Shown here piece after piece: positions 19,016-28,355 of a stretch of DNA of 64,000 nt. Under the pieces are notes generated by a model, which saw nothing but the letters and a program-made list of their open reading frames with translations, did no database searches and was not told the DNA's origin. The stretch is taken from assembly GCA_963780555.1 (NCBI GenBank), contig CAWACD010000001.1, positions 383,741 to 447,740 of the forward strand. The letters run 5' to 3'. Both the position numbers and the translations under genes were made by a program. This DNA is from an uncultured Actinomycetota bacterium (lineage in GTDB: Bacteria; Actinomycetota; Actinomycetes; Streptosporangiales; Streptosporangiaceae). The first letter of the stretch is position 1; the number at the start of each line of letters is the position of its first letter.

Positions 19016-19387
19016 TCAGGTACCGAGGTCCTGCTCGACAAGCTTGAGCTGATGGCGTGCCAGCGCCAGGTTGGCCTTGCGGCGGTCGAGCACGAAATAC
19101 AGGAATAGGCTCTTGTTACTGCCGGAGCTCTTGCACGGCCGGATGATGTGGTATTGCTGACTCAGCGTAATGAGGATGTCCTCGATGGCGTCGTCCAGGC
19201 GCAGCGCTTCCATCGCGCGCATCTTAGCCCGCACAACCTCGGTGTTCGCGGCTGCCGCCACGTCCAGGTCCAGGTACTTTCCGCCGCCGAGATTTCCTAA
19301 GCTCATACCGCTGTCCCAGTCGACGAGCGCCACCCCGAGCGATCCCTCGACGGTCATCGCCTCTTTCAGTGCCTTCTCGATGTCCAT
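19016..19387 (-). CDS. Roadblock/LC7 (MglB/CvnB-like) domain protein
   Basis: ATG at 19387 (MDIEKALKEAMTVEGSLGVALVDWDSGMSLG...) follows a GGGGAAG RBS, giving 123 aa. The pattern of hydrophobic beta-strands and flanking helices fits the Roadblock fold. G+C is visibly lower, with rare codons (TTA, AAT, ATT, AGT, CTA, TAT). Confidence 0.55.
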   Translation of the reverse strand: MDIEKALKEAMTVEGSLGVALVDWDSGMSLGNLGGGKYLDLDVAAAANTEVVRAKMRAMEALRLDDAIEDILITLSQQYHIIRPCKSSGSNKSLFLYFVLDRRKANLALARHQLKLVEQDLGT

Positions 19388-19639
19388 GAACGGCTTCCCC
19401 TTCGCTGGCAGGACAATGCGCGAGCCACGATATCCGCGCGTTAAGGAAGATCGCCAGGGGAATGGCACAAAGGGTGTGCTTCTTTTACCCATAGTAGTGC
19501 CTTGACTACTACTGGTAATGGTTACTCTGAGTGGCGGAAATAAGTGAGATCCAAGGGCCCGCGACGACCTGCAGAATGGTCTGCTGCGGTAGCCTCAGTG
19601 CCAAGGAAAGCTGCCGCAAATTCCGGAGCCGCGTGTCAC

Positions 19640-20008
19640 GTGCCTGATCTCGACGAGTCCTTGCACCAGATTCTCCGGGCCGACGGGGTGAAATCGGTCG
19701 CTGTGGTCGATGTCGGTACCGGCATGGTCGTACGGGCGGCCGGCGAACTCGGCACGGGGCTGCGCGCGGCGGCGGCCAGCGCCGCCGACGAGGCGCGGCT
19801 GGTCACTACGGCCCTGGCCGGGGCCCAGGCCGGAGGACGGCTGGAGGAGATCCTGCTGACCACCCCGAGCCGGTGTCACCTGCTGCGGATCCTGGACTGG
19901 CGGCAGGGCGAGGGCCTGCTCTTATTCGCCGACATCAGCCGGTCACATACGAACATCAGCCTGGCCGGGCGGCAGTTCGCGCAAGCCGCGCCGACCATCC
20001 TGGCGTAG
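19640..20008 (+). CDS. Roadblock/LC7-like domain protein (start uncertain: 19544, 19598 or 19640)
   Basis: VPDLDESLHQILRADGVKSVAVVDVGTGMVVRAAGE...LEEILLTTPSRCHLLRIL...LLLFADIS. It has the same size and layout as the divergent gene. Confidence 0.5.
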   Translation: MPDLDESLHQILRADGVKSVAVVDVGTGMVVRAAGELGTGLRAAAASAADEARLVTTALAGAQAGGRLEEILLTTPSRCHLLRILDWRQGEGLLLFADISRSHTNISLAGRQFAQAAPTILA

Positions 20009-20010
20009 CG

Positions 20011-20952
20011 GTGGCGGCTCCTGGCACCGTGCGCGCTGTCCCTGGCACGGCCCTCAGCACCGGACGCGACGAGCCGGCCCGCCTGCTGGGCCCGGCGCTG
20101 CTGGACTGTGCGGCCAGCCGGCTCTCGGGCGGCCTGCGGGTGCTGGGCGAGCCGGGCGGGACGATCTACTTCCGTGCCGGGCAGATCATCGCGATCATCA
20201 CGCCGGGGGCCCCGGATCCGGAGACCATCCTGCAGAGCACCGGCCGGGTCCTGCCCGCGGCCGCGGAGGAGTACTCCGGCGGTGCCGGGCGGACGCCAGC
20301 TGACCTGATCCGCCGAGCCCTCATCGGGCAGGGCGAGCTGGAGGTGCTGCTGCGGCTGGCCCTGGCGGACGCGATCTTCGTCATCGCCGCCGGGCGGATC
20401 GACGGGTATGCCCGCCACGAGGAGGACGACACGCCCGTCCTGGTCCTCGAGCCGGGGGCAAGCTCGGCGGAGCTGCTGGAGGAGACCTATCGCCGGCTGC
20501 GGATCCTGACATCGCTGGCCAGCCCGCCGATGCCGGACCGGGACCGGGTCATCTTCGTGCAGGGCGGTCCGACGTCGGCGGTCCAGCCCGGGCCGGGGCA
20601 GGGCGAGCTGCTCGCACTCGCCAATGGCCGCCGGACACCTCGCGACATGGCGTTCGCCCTCGGTCGCGGGGTGTACGCGGTGACCCTCGAGGTCGCCCGG
20701 ATGCGCGACGCGGGCCTGGTCATGATTGACCGCAGCCCGGCGCGCGTGGATCCCAGCCTGAGCGGGCCCGCTTCCGCCGGCCGGGCCGGGACCGGCCCGG
20801 AGGTCCCGGCCCCGCGCTGGCCCGGCCTGGCCATCTACCAGAAACTGGTCCGCGGCGACCCGGAAGCGGCGGCCGGGCTCCAGGAACCCAACGCGCTCCT
20901 GCGGCTGCTGCGGGCTGGCGTGGGAATCCGCCGGCTGTCGCGCGAGGAGTAA
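20011..20952 (+). CDS. PATAN/DUF4388-like N-terminal domain protein with a CvnC/DUF742-like winged-helix segment
   Basis: GTG lies 2 nt after the preceding TAG. RLSGGLRVLGEPGGTIYFRAGQIIAIITPG resembles the DUF4388 core. GELLALANGRRTPRDMAFALGRGVYAVTLEVARMRDAGLV resembles the DUF742 HTH. Confidence 0.45.
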   Translation: MAAPGTVRAVPGTALSTGRDEPARLLGPALLDCAASRLSGGLRVLGEPGGTIYFRAGQIIAIITPGAPDPETILQSTGRVLPAAAEEYSGGAGRTPADLIRRALIGQGELEVLLRLALADAIFVIAAGRIDGYARHEEDDTPVLVLEPGASSAELLEETYRRLRILTSLASPPMPDRDRVIFVQGGPTSAVQPGPGQGELLALANGRRTPRDMAFALGRGVYAVTLEVARMRDAGLVMIDRSPARVDPSLSGPASAGRAGTGPEVPAPRWPGLAIYQKLVRGDPEAAAGLQEPNALLRLLRAGVGIRRLSREE

Positions 20953-21001
20953 CCGGCCAGCGGGCCGCCTGGCCGCGTCACCAGCCTGCCCGGGGGTACC
21001 G

Positions 21002-21843
21002 CTAGCGCTCGCGCGCCGGGGCCATCGCATGCCGGGCGGCGAGGAAGGCCCGCAGGGCCGCGCCGAGCTCGCCGGGCTGAGCGGTGCTGACATAGTGATC
21101 GGCGCCGGCGACGACCAGGCGCTCCGCTCCGGGGATGGTGGCGGCCAGCTGCTCGGCGGCCAGCCGGGAAAGCGCGACGTCCTGGTCGCCGACGATCACC
21201 AGGGCGGGCCGGGCAATCGCCGCGAGGTCGACGTCGCTGACGGGCCCGAGTTCCTCGTGCTCGCCCATCCCCTCGTGGAAGTACGGGTTGGCCATGCCCC
21301 AGGCCTGCAGCCGCTCCCGCGCCGCGCCGTGATGCGCGCTGGCCCACACATCCAGATCAGCTGCCACCGCTGCGGTCAGATCGCCGACGGCAGCGGCCGA
21401 CTCCCGCGGCGCAAGCTGAGCGTAGAGGTGCTCGCGAGCGGCGGCCATCGCGGCAGGCTGGTCTGCCGGATCGGCCGGGGTGATCGCGCCGATCAGCACC
21501 AGGCCCGTTACGCGCTCGGGGTGGCGGACGGCCAGCTCCAGCGCGATGACGCCGCCCGTGGAAAGCCGACCACGGCCGCGGCAGCCACGCCGAGGTGGTC
21601 CAGCACGGCGAGGGCATCATCGGCCATCCGGTACGGTCCTGCGGGCCGGGCCGAGCGACCCAGGCCGCGCAGGTCATAGCGGATGACCTGGTAACTGCCC
21701 GCGAGCTCGGCGACCTGCTCATCCCACATGCGCAGGTCGACCGAGCCGCCGTGGATCAGCAGGACCGGCGGGCCGTCCCCGGCCGCCTCGTAGTACAGCT
21801 GGCCGTCGCCCGCTGTGATGTAGCCGCTGTCGGAGGTGAGCAT
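21002..21843 (-). pseudogene. alpha/beta hydrolase, one frameshift at the nucleophile elbow (authentic or a sequencing indel)
   Basis: Track ORFs 21508..21843 (PPVLLIHGGSVDLRMWDEQV...) and 21002..21499 join if one base is restored in ttt-cc-acg at about 21560. That gives VVGFSTGGVIALELAVRHPERVTGLVLIGA. Confidence 0.75.
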
Positions 21844-22032
21844 GCTCCGCCTTCCCTGCGTTCCGAGGCGCTGGCTGCTAGTGCCGTGGCGATCGTAGGG
21901 CCCCGCGCGCGATCGCGAAATTAGTTACTCACCAAAGCGTGCCGGGCCAGCGGATCCTCGAGTGCTGTCGTGCCGGCACGGAACTTGTCACCGGTGTCTT
22001 GGCCAGCTGCGGTCCGATATTTCAGCGGCGGG

Positions 22033-23682
22033 TCAGCCGCCCGTGCCGCTGAGTCGGATCGTGGCGATGTTGAGGCCAGCCTGCCGGCCGGACCCGCACC
22101 GGCTGGCGGGGCTGCTCCCGGAGGCGAGCAGCTCCAGCAGCTCGCCGTCGCCGTCATCGGCGCGGGCCACGAACCGCGCGCCGCCCTCCTCGAGGCGGCC
22201 GACGATGATCCCGGTCCGGGCGCCGTCGCGCTCGTGACGAACCGTCCAGGTCTCGATCACAGCCCGGCCATCGGCTTCGCGGGCCTGTTCCGGAGCGGCC
22301 CACCCGTCGATCTCGGCCTGCAGCGCGGCGCTGTGGTCGGGCCGCCAGGGCGCCGGCCTGGTCGAGTACACGCCCGCCGAGTACTTGGTCATGATGCCGC
22401 CGTTGGCCCCGACCAGGCCGAAGGTGCCCGGTACCGCCCGGGCCCGGCCGACGATCCCGGCGATGGCGTGCATGGAGTAGTTGTTGCCGGGCCCGCCGAA
22501 GAACGGCAGGCCGCCGGTCACGGTCAGGCCGCGCGGGTCGGCCGGGTCCAGGCCGAGGCCGTCGCAGATGTTGAACACCGGTACCGGGAAGCAGCTGTAC
22601 AGGTCGAGCGCAGCCAGGTCCGCGACGGTGCTGCTGGCCAGCCGCAGCGCATGCTCGACGGCCATGACGGCGGCCGGGCTCGCGGACAGGTCAGCGCGCT
22701 CCAGCAGGTCTCGCTCCCGCAGGTCGGCGTGCCCGTGCAGGAATACCCACTGGTCCTGCGGGACGCGGAGCCGCCGGGCGGCCGCGACCGACATCAGCAA
22801 GACGGCAGCGCCCTGGTTCACCTTCTCCCTGGCCACCAGGTAGCGGGTGTAGGGGTCGGCGATGAGCCGGTTGGCCTCGGTCGGGGTGACCAGCTCGGCC
22901 GCGCTGCGCTCGACCGGCGCGGCGGCATGCTGATTCGCAGCGGCCACCCGGCTGAACGGCTCGAACAGCTCGCCCATCGCGGCGGCGTACTGGGCGCGGG
23001 TCTGGCCGAGCCGGACCCGGCGGGCGTTCTCGATCAGCGCGTACTGACTGGGCGCGCCGGTAAGCCCGTGGGCGGCCTCGTGCCGGGAGAACATCGCGCC
23101 CAGCCCGTAGCCGCGGTCCTCGAGGCTGCCGTCGGCATGCTCGGTGAAGTCCGGCCGGCCCGGCTGGCCCGCGTACTGCTCCATGGTCGAGATGGCCTCC
23201 GAGCCGAACACCAGGGCCACCTCGGCCTGCCCGGCCGCGATGGCGCCGGCCAGCTCGGTGACCAGGTGCTGCGGGGCCTGGCCGCCGACGACCTCCAGGA
23301 TGGCCCGGGCCGGGCTGGCGCCGATCCGGGCCGCCACCGAGCGCGGGTAGTTGTCGGAGCGGCCCAGCGGGGCCGGCGCGCGGGGATGCGAGATCTCGAA
23401 CTGGCGGACGCCGGCCACGGTGTCGATCGCCGCGGCAACGGCGGCGTCCCCGGTGCCGGCCAGCGCGTCGGCCAGAGCCTCCCGGACCGCCTCGGCGGCG
23501 AGGTCGACCGGCGACAGCCGCCGGTACGCCGGGTCGCCCAGCCGCTCGGAGGCCTGGCCGACCCCGGCCACAACCGGAGTGCGCGGGTCGAGGCCGTCAT
23601 AACCCCGGTGCGCCATCACCTCCTGGACCGCTCCGCGGGCAGCAGCCCGGCGGGCGGCGCGCAGCCGGCGGCGCGCAGTCAT
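22033..23682 (-). CDS. thiolase-like acetyl-CoA acetyltransferase family protein with a C-terminal OB-like extension
   Basis: 549 aa with an ATGA overlap with the upstream gene. Thiolase-like motifs are present: NQGAAVLLMS, DLYSCFP and GGLPFFGGPGNNYSMH. Confidence 0.7.
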   Translation of the reverse strand: MTARRRLRAARRAAARGAVQEVMAHRGYDGLDPRTPVVAGVGQASERLGDPAYRRLSPVDLAAEAVREALADALAGTGDAAVAAAIDTVAGVRQFEISHPRAPAPLGRSDNYPRSVAARIGASPARAILEVVGGQAPQHLVTELAGAIAAGQAEVALVFGSEAISTMEQYAGQPGRPDFTEHADGSLEDRGYGLGAMFSRHEAAHGLTGAPSQYALIENARRVRLGQTRAQYAAAMGELFEPFSRVAAANQHAAAPVERSAAELVTPTEANRLIADPYTRYLVAREKVNQGAAVLLMSVAAARRLRVPQDQWVFLHGHADLRERDLLERADLSASPAAVMAVEHALRLASSTVADLAALDLYSCFPVPVFNICDGLGLDPADPRGLTVTGGLPFFGGPGNNYSMHAIAGIVGRARAVPGTFGLVGANGGIMTKYSAGVYSTRPAPWRPDHSAALQAEIDGWAAPEQAREADGRAVIETWTVRHERDGARTGIIVGRLEEGGARFVARADDGDGELLELLASGSSPASRCGSGRQAGLNIATIRLSGTGG

Positions 23683-24845
23683 CCAGCGGCCGGGCCGGGC
23701 GGCGGCGCGGGGGTGCCGTTCGGGAGCAAGCCGGCCAGTCGCGCCAGCGCGGCGATCTGCCGTTCGCAGTCAGCGGCGAGCTGCGCGGTGATCTCCGCCG
23801 CCGGCCGCAGTTCGCGAAACGAGCCGACGACCTGGCCGATGTAGAACGACTCCAGTTCCAGCGCACCAGGGTGACCGGCTGCGGCGGCCGCGTCGATGCG
23901 CTGCCAGGCCTGGCCGACCAGCATCGGCTGCAGCGGCATCGGCAGGGCCTCGGGCGCGCCGGGACGCTCCCATTCCGCGTGCCAGGCGCTGCGCAGCTGC
24001 CGGGCGGGCTTGCCGGTCCGGGTCGGCGAGCGCACCGTGTCGGAGCTGGTCGCACTCAGGAACTTGGCCTTGATCGCCTGGTTGGCGACGTCTTCCTCGC
24101 TGGCCAGCCACACCGAGCCGCACCAGGCGCCGGCCGCGCCCAGGGCCAGCGCGGCGGCCAGCTGCTGGCCGGAGGCGATGCCGCCGGCCGCGAGCACCGG
24201 GCGGCCGCCGGCCATGCTGACGATCTCCGGGGTGAGCACCATCGTGGCGATGGTGCCGGTGTGGCCGCCCGCCTCGGTGCCCTGGGCGATCAGCAGGTCG
24301 ACGCCCGCATCGAGCTGCCGCTGCGCATGCCGGGGTGCGCCGACCAGCGCGGCCACCACGACCCCGGCGGCGCGGCCGCGGCCGACCAGGCCGGGTGGCG
24401 GGGTGCCCAGGGCGCTGGCGGCGAGGGCAATCGGGTGCCCGAACGCCACGTCCAGCAGTTCCCCGGCGGCGCCGGGGCTGAGCGCGGCGCCAATCTCGTC
24501 CATCCAGTCCGGTCCCTCTGAATCCGGGATGCCGTACCGGGCGAGCAGGTCACGGACGAAGGCGAGATGCCCGTCGGGGATCTGCGCGCGCAGGCTGGCC
24601 CGGATGCTGTCCGGCCCGGCCGCCGCGAGCTTCTCCGGCACGAGCAGGTCAACCCCGTACGGCCGCCCGCCGACCTGCTCGTCAATCCAGCTCAGCTGCG
24701 CATCAAGCTCGCGCGGGCTATAGCCGGTCGCGGCCAGCACCCCCAGGCCGCCCGCGTTCGTGACCGCGGCGACGACGGCCGGCGAGCGGTTGAACCCGGC
24801 GATCGGGTGCTGGACGCCGACCAGGTCGGTGAAGGCCGTGCGCAT
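23679..24845 (-). CDS. nitronate monooxygenase (NMO / 2-nitropropane dioxygenase, FMN TIM-barrel) family protein
   Basis: MRTAFTDLVGVQHPIAGFNRSP...AGGLGVLA...IAQGTEAGGHTG...AAGGIASG. Confidence 0.8.
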   Translation of the reverse strand: MRTAFTDLVGVQHPIAGFNRSPAVVAAVTNAGGLGVLAATGYSPRELDAQLSWIDEQVGGRPYGVDLLVPEKLAAAGPDSIRASLRAQIPDGHLAFVRDLLARYGIPDSEGPDWMDEIGAALSPGAAGELLDVAFGHPIALAASALGTPPPGLVGRGRAAGVVVAALVGAPRHAQRQLDAGVDLLIAQGTEAGGHTGTIATMVLTPEIVSMAGGRPVLAAGGIASGQQLAAALALGAAGAWCGSVWLASEEDVANQAIKAKFLSATSSDTVRSPTRTGKPARQLRSAWHAEWERPGAPEALPMPLQPMLVGQAWQRIDAAAAAGHPGALELESFYIGQVVGSFRELRPAAEITAQLAADCERQIAALARLAGLLPNGTPAPPPGPAAG

Positions 24846-24966
24846 CCGCGCCTCCGGTTACTGACGATGTGCGCCGCTGTCTGGCACTGTATCCGCGTCC
24901 GGCCGGGCGACGCCGCTGGCCTGCCCGGGCGCGGCGGGCTCCCGGCGGCCGCCGGGTCTCTACGAT

Positions 24967-25536
24967 GTGCAGATGAATGAGGCGCACCTGGCCCTGTGCT
25001 CCAGCCCGGAATGGGCCCGGCTGGTCGAGGAGGAGCTGCTGCCCTGGGTCGTGGCTGGCCACGACCTCGGTGACGACCTGCTGGAGGTCGGCGCCGGCCC
25101 GGGGCTGACCACCGATGTGCTGCGCCGCCATTCCGCGCGGGTCACCGCCGTGGAGCTGGACGAGGACCTGGCCACCGAGCTGGCTGCCCGGCTGGCCGGG
25201 ACCAACGTAGAGGTCGTTCAGGCCGACGCGGCCAGCCTGCCGTTCCCGGCGGACCGGTTCAGCGCCGCCGCCTGCCTCACGATGCTGCATCACATCCCGA
25301 CCGTCGCCCAGCAGGACCGCGCCCTGGCTGAGCTGGCCCGGGTCGTCCGCTCGGGTGGCGTCCTGATCGGCTCGGACGGCCTGGACACCCCGGAACGGCG
25401 CGAGGTCCACGTCGGCGACATCTTCGTCCCCCTCGATGCCGCCACGCTGCCAGGCCGGCTGCGAGCGGCGGGCTTTGTCTGCGCGGACGTGGAAGTGGCC
25501 GGCGACCGGATCCGGTTCGCTGCCACCGCGCCCTGA
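24967..25536 (+). CDS. class I SAM-dependent methyltransferase
   Basis: Motif I LLEVGAGPGLTT, then VTAVELDEDL and FSAAACLTMLHH. 189 aa. Confidence 0.75.
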   Translation: MQMNEAHLALCSSPEWARLVEEELLPWVVAGHDLGDDLLEVGAGPGLTTDVLRRHSARVTAVELDEDLATELAARLAGTNVEVVQADAASLPFPADRFSAAACLTMLHHIPTVAQQDRALAELARVVRSGGVLIGSDGLDTPERREVHVGDIFVPLDAATLPGRLRAAGFVCADVEVAGDRIRFAATAP

Positions 25537-25591
25537 GACCACCCCGCCCACCGCCCGTCTCGCCCGCAGGCACCCGGCCGCATCTGCTTAG

Positions 25592-25625
25592 TTGACTCTC
25601 TGGTTAATTAACCGTATGGTTTAAC
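25592..25625 (+). promoter_or_regulatory. putative arsR promoter/operator (-35 TTGACT plus the 12-bp palindrome GGTTAATTAACC)
   Basis: AT-rich stretch TTGACTCTCTGGTTAATTAACCGTATGGTTTAAC with a perfect palindrome at 25602-25613. A GGGAGG RBS and the ATG at 25644 follow. Confidence 0.3.
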
Positions 25626-25643
25626 AAGAACCCGGGAGGTCAC

Positions 25644-26024
25644 ATGGCAACGGCAGGCACGACGCTCGACAAGACCTTCACCGCGCTCGCGGACCCGACC
25701 CGGCGGGCCATCGTGGCCCGGCTGGCCAGGGGCGATGCCACGGTGAACGAGCTGGCCGCGCCGTTCGACATGACTCTGCCGGGTATTTCCAAGCACCTGC
25801 GGGTGCTGGCGGACTGCGGGCTGATCACGCGGACCCGCAGCGCCCAGTTCCGGCCGTGTCACCTGGAACGAGCAGCCCTCGACGAGGTGGCCGGCTGGAT
25901 CGCAGAGAACCAGCGAATCTGGTCCGAGCGGTTCGACAAGCTCGACCAGCACCTGCGCGGACTGCAGGAGGCACCCGCCCCCGGCCAGCACCGCGACCAG
26001 CACGGGGAGGCAGATGATGAGTAA
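25644..26024 (+). CDS. ArsR/SmtB family transcriptional regulator
   Basis: LADPTRRAIVARLARGDATVNELAAPFDMTLPGISKHLRVLADCGLI. Confidence 0.85.
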   Translation: MATAGTTLDKTFTALADPTRRAIVARLARGDATVNELAAPFDMTLPGISKHLRVLADCGLITRTRSAQFRPCHLERAALDEVAGWIAENQRIWSERFDKLDQHLRGLQEAPAPGQHRDQHGEADDE

Positions 26025-26481
26025 CCACGAGCCGCAGGCCGACGAGCTCACCTACACCCGGGTCTTCGATGCCCCGCGGGAGCTCGTCTTCAGGTGCATG
26101 ACCGAGCCCGACCACCTGACCCACTTCTGGGGGCCCGCCGGGGTCAGCACGCCACGCGAGAACATCACGGTTGACCTGCGCCCGGGCGGGGTGTTCGAGA
26201 CGGTCATGGTCAACGACGCCGACGGCAGCACGTACCCGATGCATGCCGTCTACGTCGAGATCAGCAAGCCGGAACGGCTGGTCTGGACCGATCCGGATAC
26301 CGGCATGACGACCACCTCGACGTTCAGCGACCTGGGCGGCGACCGCACCGAGGTCCGCATCCATCAGGTGAACGTTCCCGAGCCCTTCCGCAGCCCGCAG
26401 GCCCAGGCTGGCTTTGTCACCTCACTCGATCGCTGTGCCGCTTATCTCGGCACGCTCGTCTCCGGGGAGGCCTCCCGGTGA
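26014..26481 (+). CDS. SRPBCC / AHSA1 (activator of Hsp90 ATPase homolog 1-like) domain protein
   Basis: 155 aa, overlapping the arsR stop. RVFDAPRELVFRCMTEPDHLTHFWGP is typical of this family, as is the pairing with ArsR. Confidence 0.75.
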   Translation: MMSNHEPQADELTYTRVFDAPRELVFRCMTEPDHLTHFWGPAGVSTPRENITVDLRPGGVFETVMVNDADGSTYPMHAVYVEISKPERLVWTDPDTGMTTTSTFSDLGGDRTEVRIHQVNVPEPFRSPQAQAGFVTSLDRCAAYLGTLVSGEASR

Positions 26482-27137
26482 GCCGGCCAGAGCGCGCGCC
26501 CGGCCTGGCCCCGCCCGCCGGATCCGCCCCCGGCCTGGCCGCCCTCATCGCGGCCGAGCGCCGCGAGCTGGCGGACCTGCTGGCCGGCCTGCCCCCCGAA
26601 GCCTGGGAGCAGCCCAGCCTGTGCGCGGGCTGGCGGGTCCGCGAGGTCGTGGCCCACATGACGATGCCCTTCCGGTACTCGACCCCGCGGTTCGCCTTCG
26701 AGCTGGCCCGCTCACGCGGCAACTTCACCGCCATGGCCGATCGCTGCGCCCGCCGCGACGCCGCCGCCCCGGCCGCCGAGCTGACGGCATGGCTCCGGGA
26801 TAACGCGGAGTATCCGTGGCGGCCGCCGGGCGGCGGCCTGGCCGGAGCACTCACCCACGACGTGATTCACGGCCTGGACATCACCGTGGCCCTGGGAATC
26901 GACCGGACGGTCCCGGCCAGCCGGATGAGTATCGTCCTGGACGGCGTGACATCGGCCGGCAGCCTGAAGCACTTCGGCACCAGCCTGGCCGGGGTCAGCC
27001 TCCGCGCCGACGACCTCGACTGGTCAGCCGGGTCCGGCCGGCCGGTGACCGGCAAGGCTCAGGACCTGGCTCTGGCCGTGGCCGGGCGACGGCTGCCGGC
27101 CGGCCTGCTGACCGGCGCGGACAGCCTGGCCCGCTGA
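26478..27137 (+). CDS. maleylpyruvate isomerase family mycothiol-dependent enzyme (DinB-like N-terminal domain)
   Basis: 4-nt overlap. ERRELADLLAGLPPEAWEQPSLCAGWRVREVVAHM. Confidence 0.7.
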   Translation: MSRPERAPGLAPPAGSAPGLAALIAAERRELADLLAGLPPEAWEQPSLCAGWRVREVVAHMTMPFRYSTPRFAFELARSRGNFTAMADRCARRDAAAPAAELTAWLRDNAEYPWRPPGGGLAGALTHDVIHGLDITVALGIDRTVPASRMSIVLDGVTSAGSLKHFGTSLAGVSLRADDLDWSAGSGRPVTGKAQDLALAVAGRRLPAGLLTGADSLAR

Positions 27138-27232
27138 GGGCTCCGGCCCAGTTACTGCGATTTCGGATAATCCGGTCTCGGGAAGCGCGGCCCGGGGCGG
27201 TGGCAGCGGCTGAGACCCGGGCCCGGAGCGGG

Positions 27233-28276
27233 CTAGCGCCAGGGCTCGATGATCGACTTGATCGTGCCCGGCCGGGTCGTGGCGGTCAGGGCGGTGTCCG
27301 CCTGATCCAGCGGATACCGGTCGGTGACGAGCGCGTCGATGTCGACCGCGCCGGAGGCGGCCAGGGCGATGGCGGCGGGCCAGGTGTTGGCGTACCGGAA
27401 TGTCCCGGTCACCGTCAGCTCATAGCGCTGGATCAGGCCGAGCGGCAGGGGCAGCTCGTCGGCGCCCATCCCGACCAGGACCGCGGTTCCCGCCGGGCGC
27501 AGCATCCGCAGGCCCGCCGTGACCGCGGACGCGGCCCCGGAGCAGTCGATGAAGGCGTCGAACTCCGGGCCGGGCCCCGTTGCGGCGCTGTCCCCGCCGC
27601 CGTCGGTGCCGCCGTCCTGGCCGGCCCCCGCCAGCACCGTGGCAGTGGCCCCGCTGCGCTCGGCCGCGGCCAGCCGGTCCGGGGCGATGTCGCTGACGAC
27701 GATCGTCGCCGCTCCCCGCGCTCGCGCTACCTGGGCCGTGACCAGGCCGATCGGGCCCGCGCCCGCGATCAGGACCGAGCCGCCGGGGGTCAGGCCGGCC
27801 TTGCCCGTGGCCCAGATGCCGACCGACAGCGGCTCCAGCAGGGCCGCCGCATCGTCGCTGACCGCATCCGGCAGCGCGAACGCGAGGTCGGCCCGGACCT
27901 CGACGTACTCGGCGAGCGCGCCGTCCACGGGCGGGGTGGCGAAGAACCGCATCTGCGGGCACAGGTTGTAGCGGCCTGCCTTGCACGGCGCGCACGCCCC
28001 GCACGCGGCGCCGGGCTCGATGGCAACGCGGCTGCCGACCCGGTCTCCGGCCACGCCGGCACCGACAGCTGCGATCACCCCGGAGACCTCGTGCCCGAGC
28101 ACCAGCGGTGCTCGGACGACGAAGTCACCGATCCGCCCGTGCTGGAAGTAGTGCACGTCCGAGCCGCACACCCCGACACTGCGCACGGCGACCAGCACGT
28201 GCCCGGCCGCCGGCCGGGGCACCGGGCGCTCGGTCAGCAGCAGCTGGCCGGGTCGTTCCAGGACGGACACCCGCAT
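27233..28276 (-). CDS. zinc-dependent alcohol/polyol dehydrogenase (sorbitol/L-idonate dehydrogenase-like MDR)
   Basis: Start MRVSVLERPG at 28276. Motifs GVCGSDVHYF, GHEVSG, CGACAPCKAGRYNLC and GAGPIGL are present. Confidence 0.85.
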   Translation of the reverse strand: MRVSVLERPGQLLLTERPVPRPAAGHVLVAVRSVGVCGSDVHYFQHGRIGDFVVRAPLVLGHEVSGVIAAVGAGVAGDRVGSRVAIEPGAACGACAPCKAGRYNLCPQMRFFATPPVDGALAEYVEVRADLAFALPDAVSDDAAALLEPLSVGIWATGKAGLTPGGSVLIAGAGPIGLVTAQVARARGAATIVVSDIAPDRLAAAERSGATATVLAGAGQDGGTDGGGDSAATGPGPEFDAFIDCSGAASAVTAGLRMLRPAGTAVLVGMGADELPLPLGLIQRYELTVTGTFRYANTWPAAIALAASGAVDIDALVTDRYPLDQADTALTATTRPGTIKSIIEPWR

Positions 28277-28355
28277 GGTGTCCGGGATGCCGGGCTGGCT
28301 CGCCACGCACGCTCCTTCAGCTCCGCCCGCCGCCGCGGCGGGCCCTGCCTGGAGG

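Noticed and set aside
27158-27180. Recurrent CGGATAAT(C)C motif in intergenic DNA (also at about 36397-36408 on the other strand and at about 44940-44956)
   Set aside because: There are only three short, imperfect occurrences. It may simply be -10-like AT-rich promoter sequence, and this is insufficient to call a regulatory motif without a genome-wide count.
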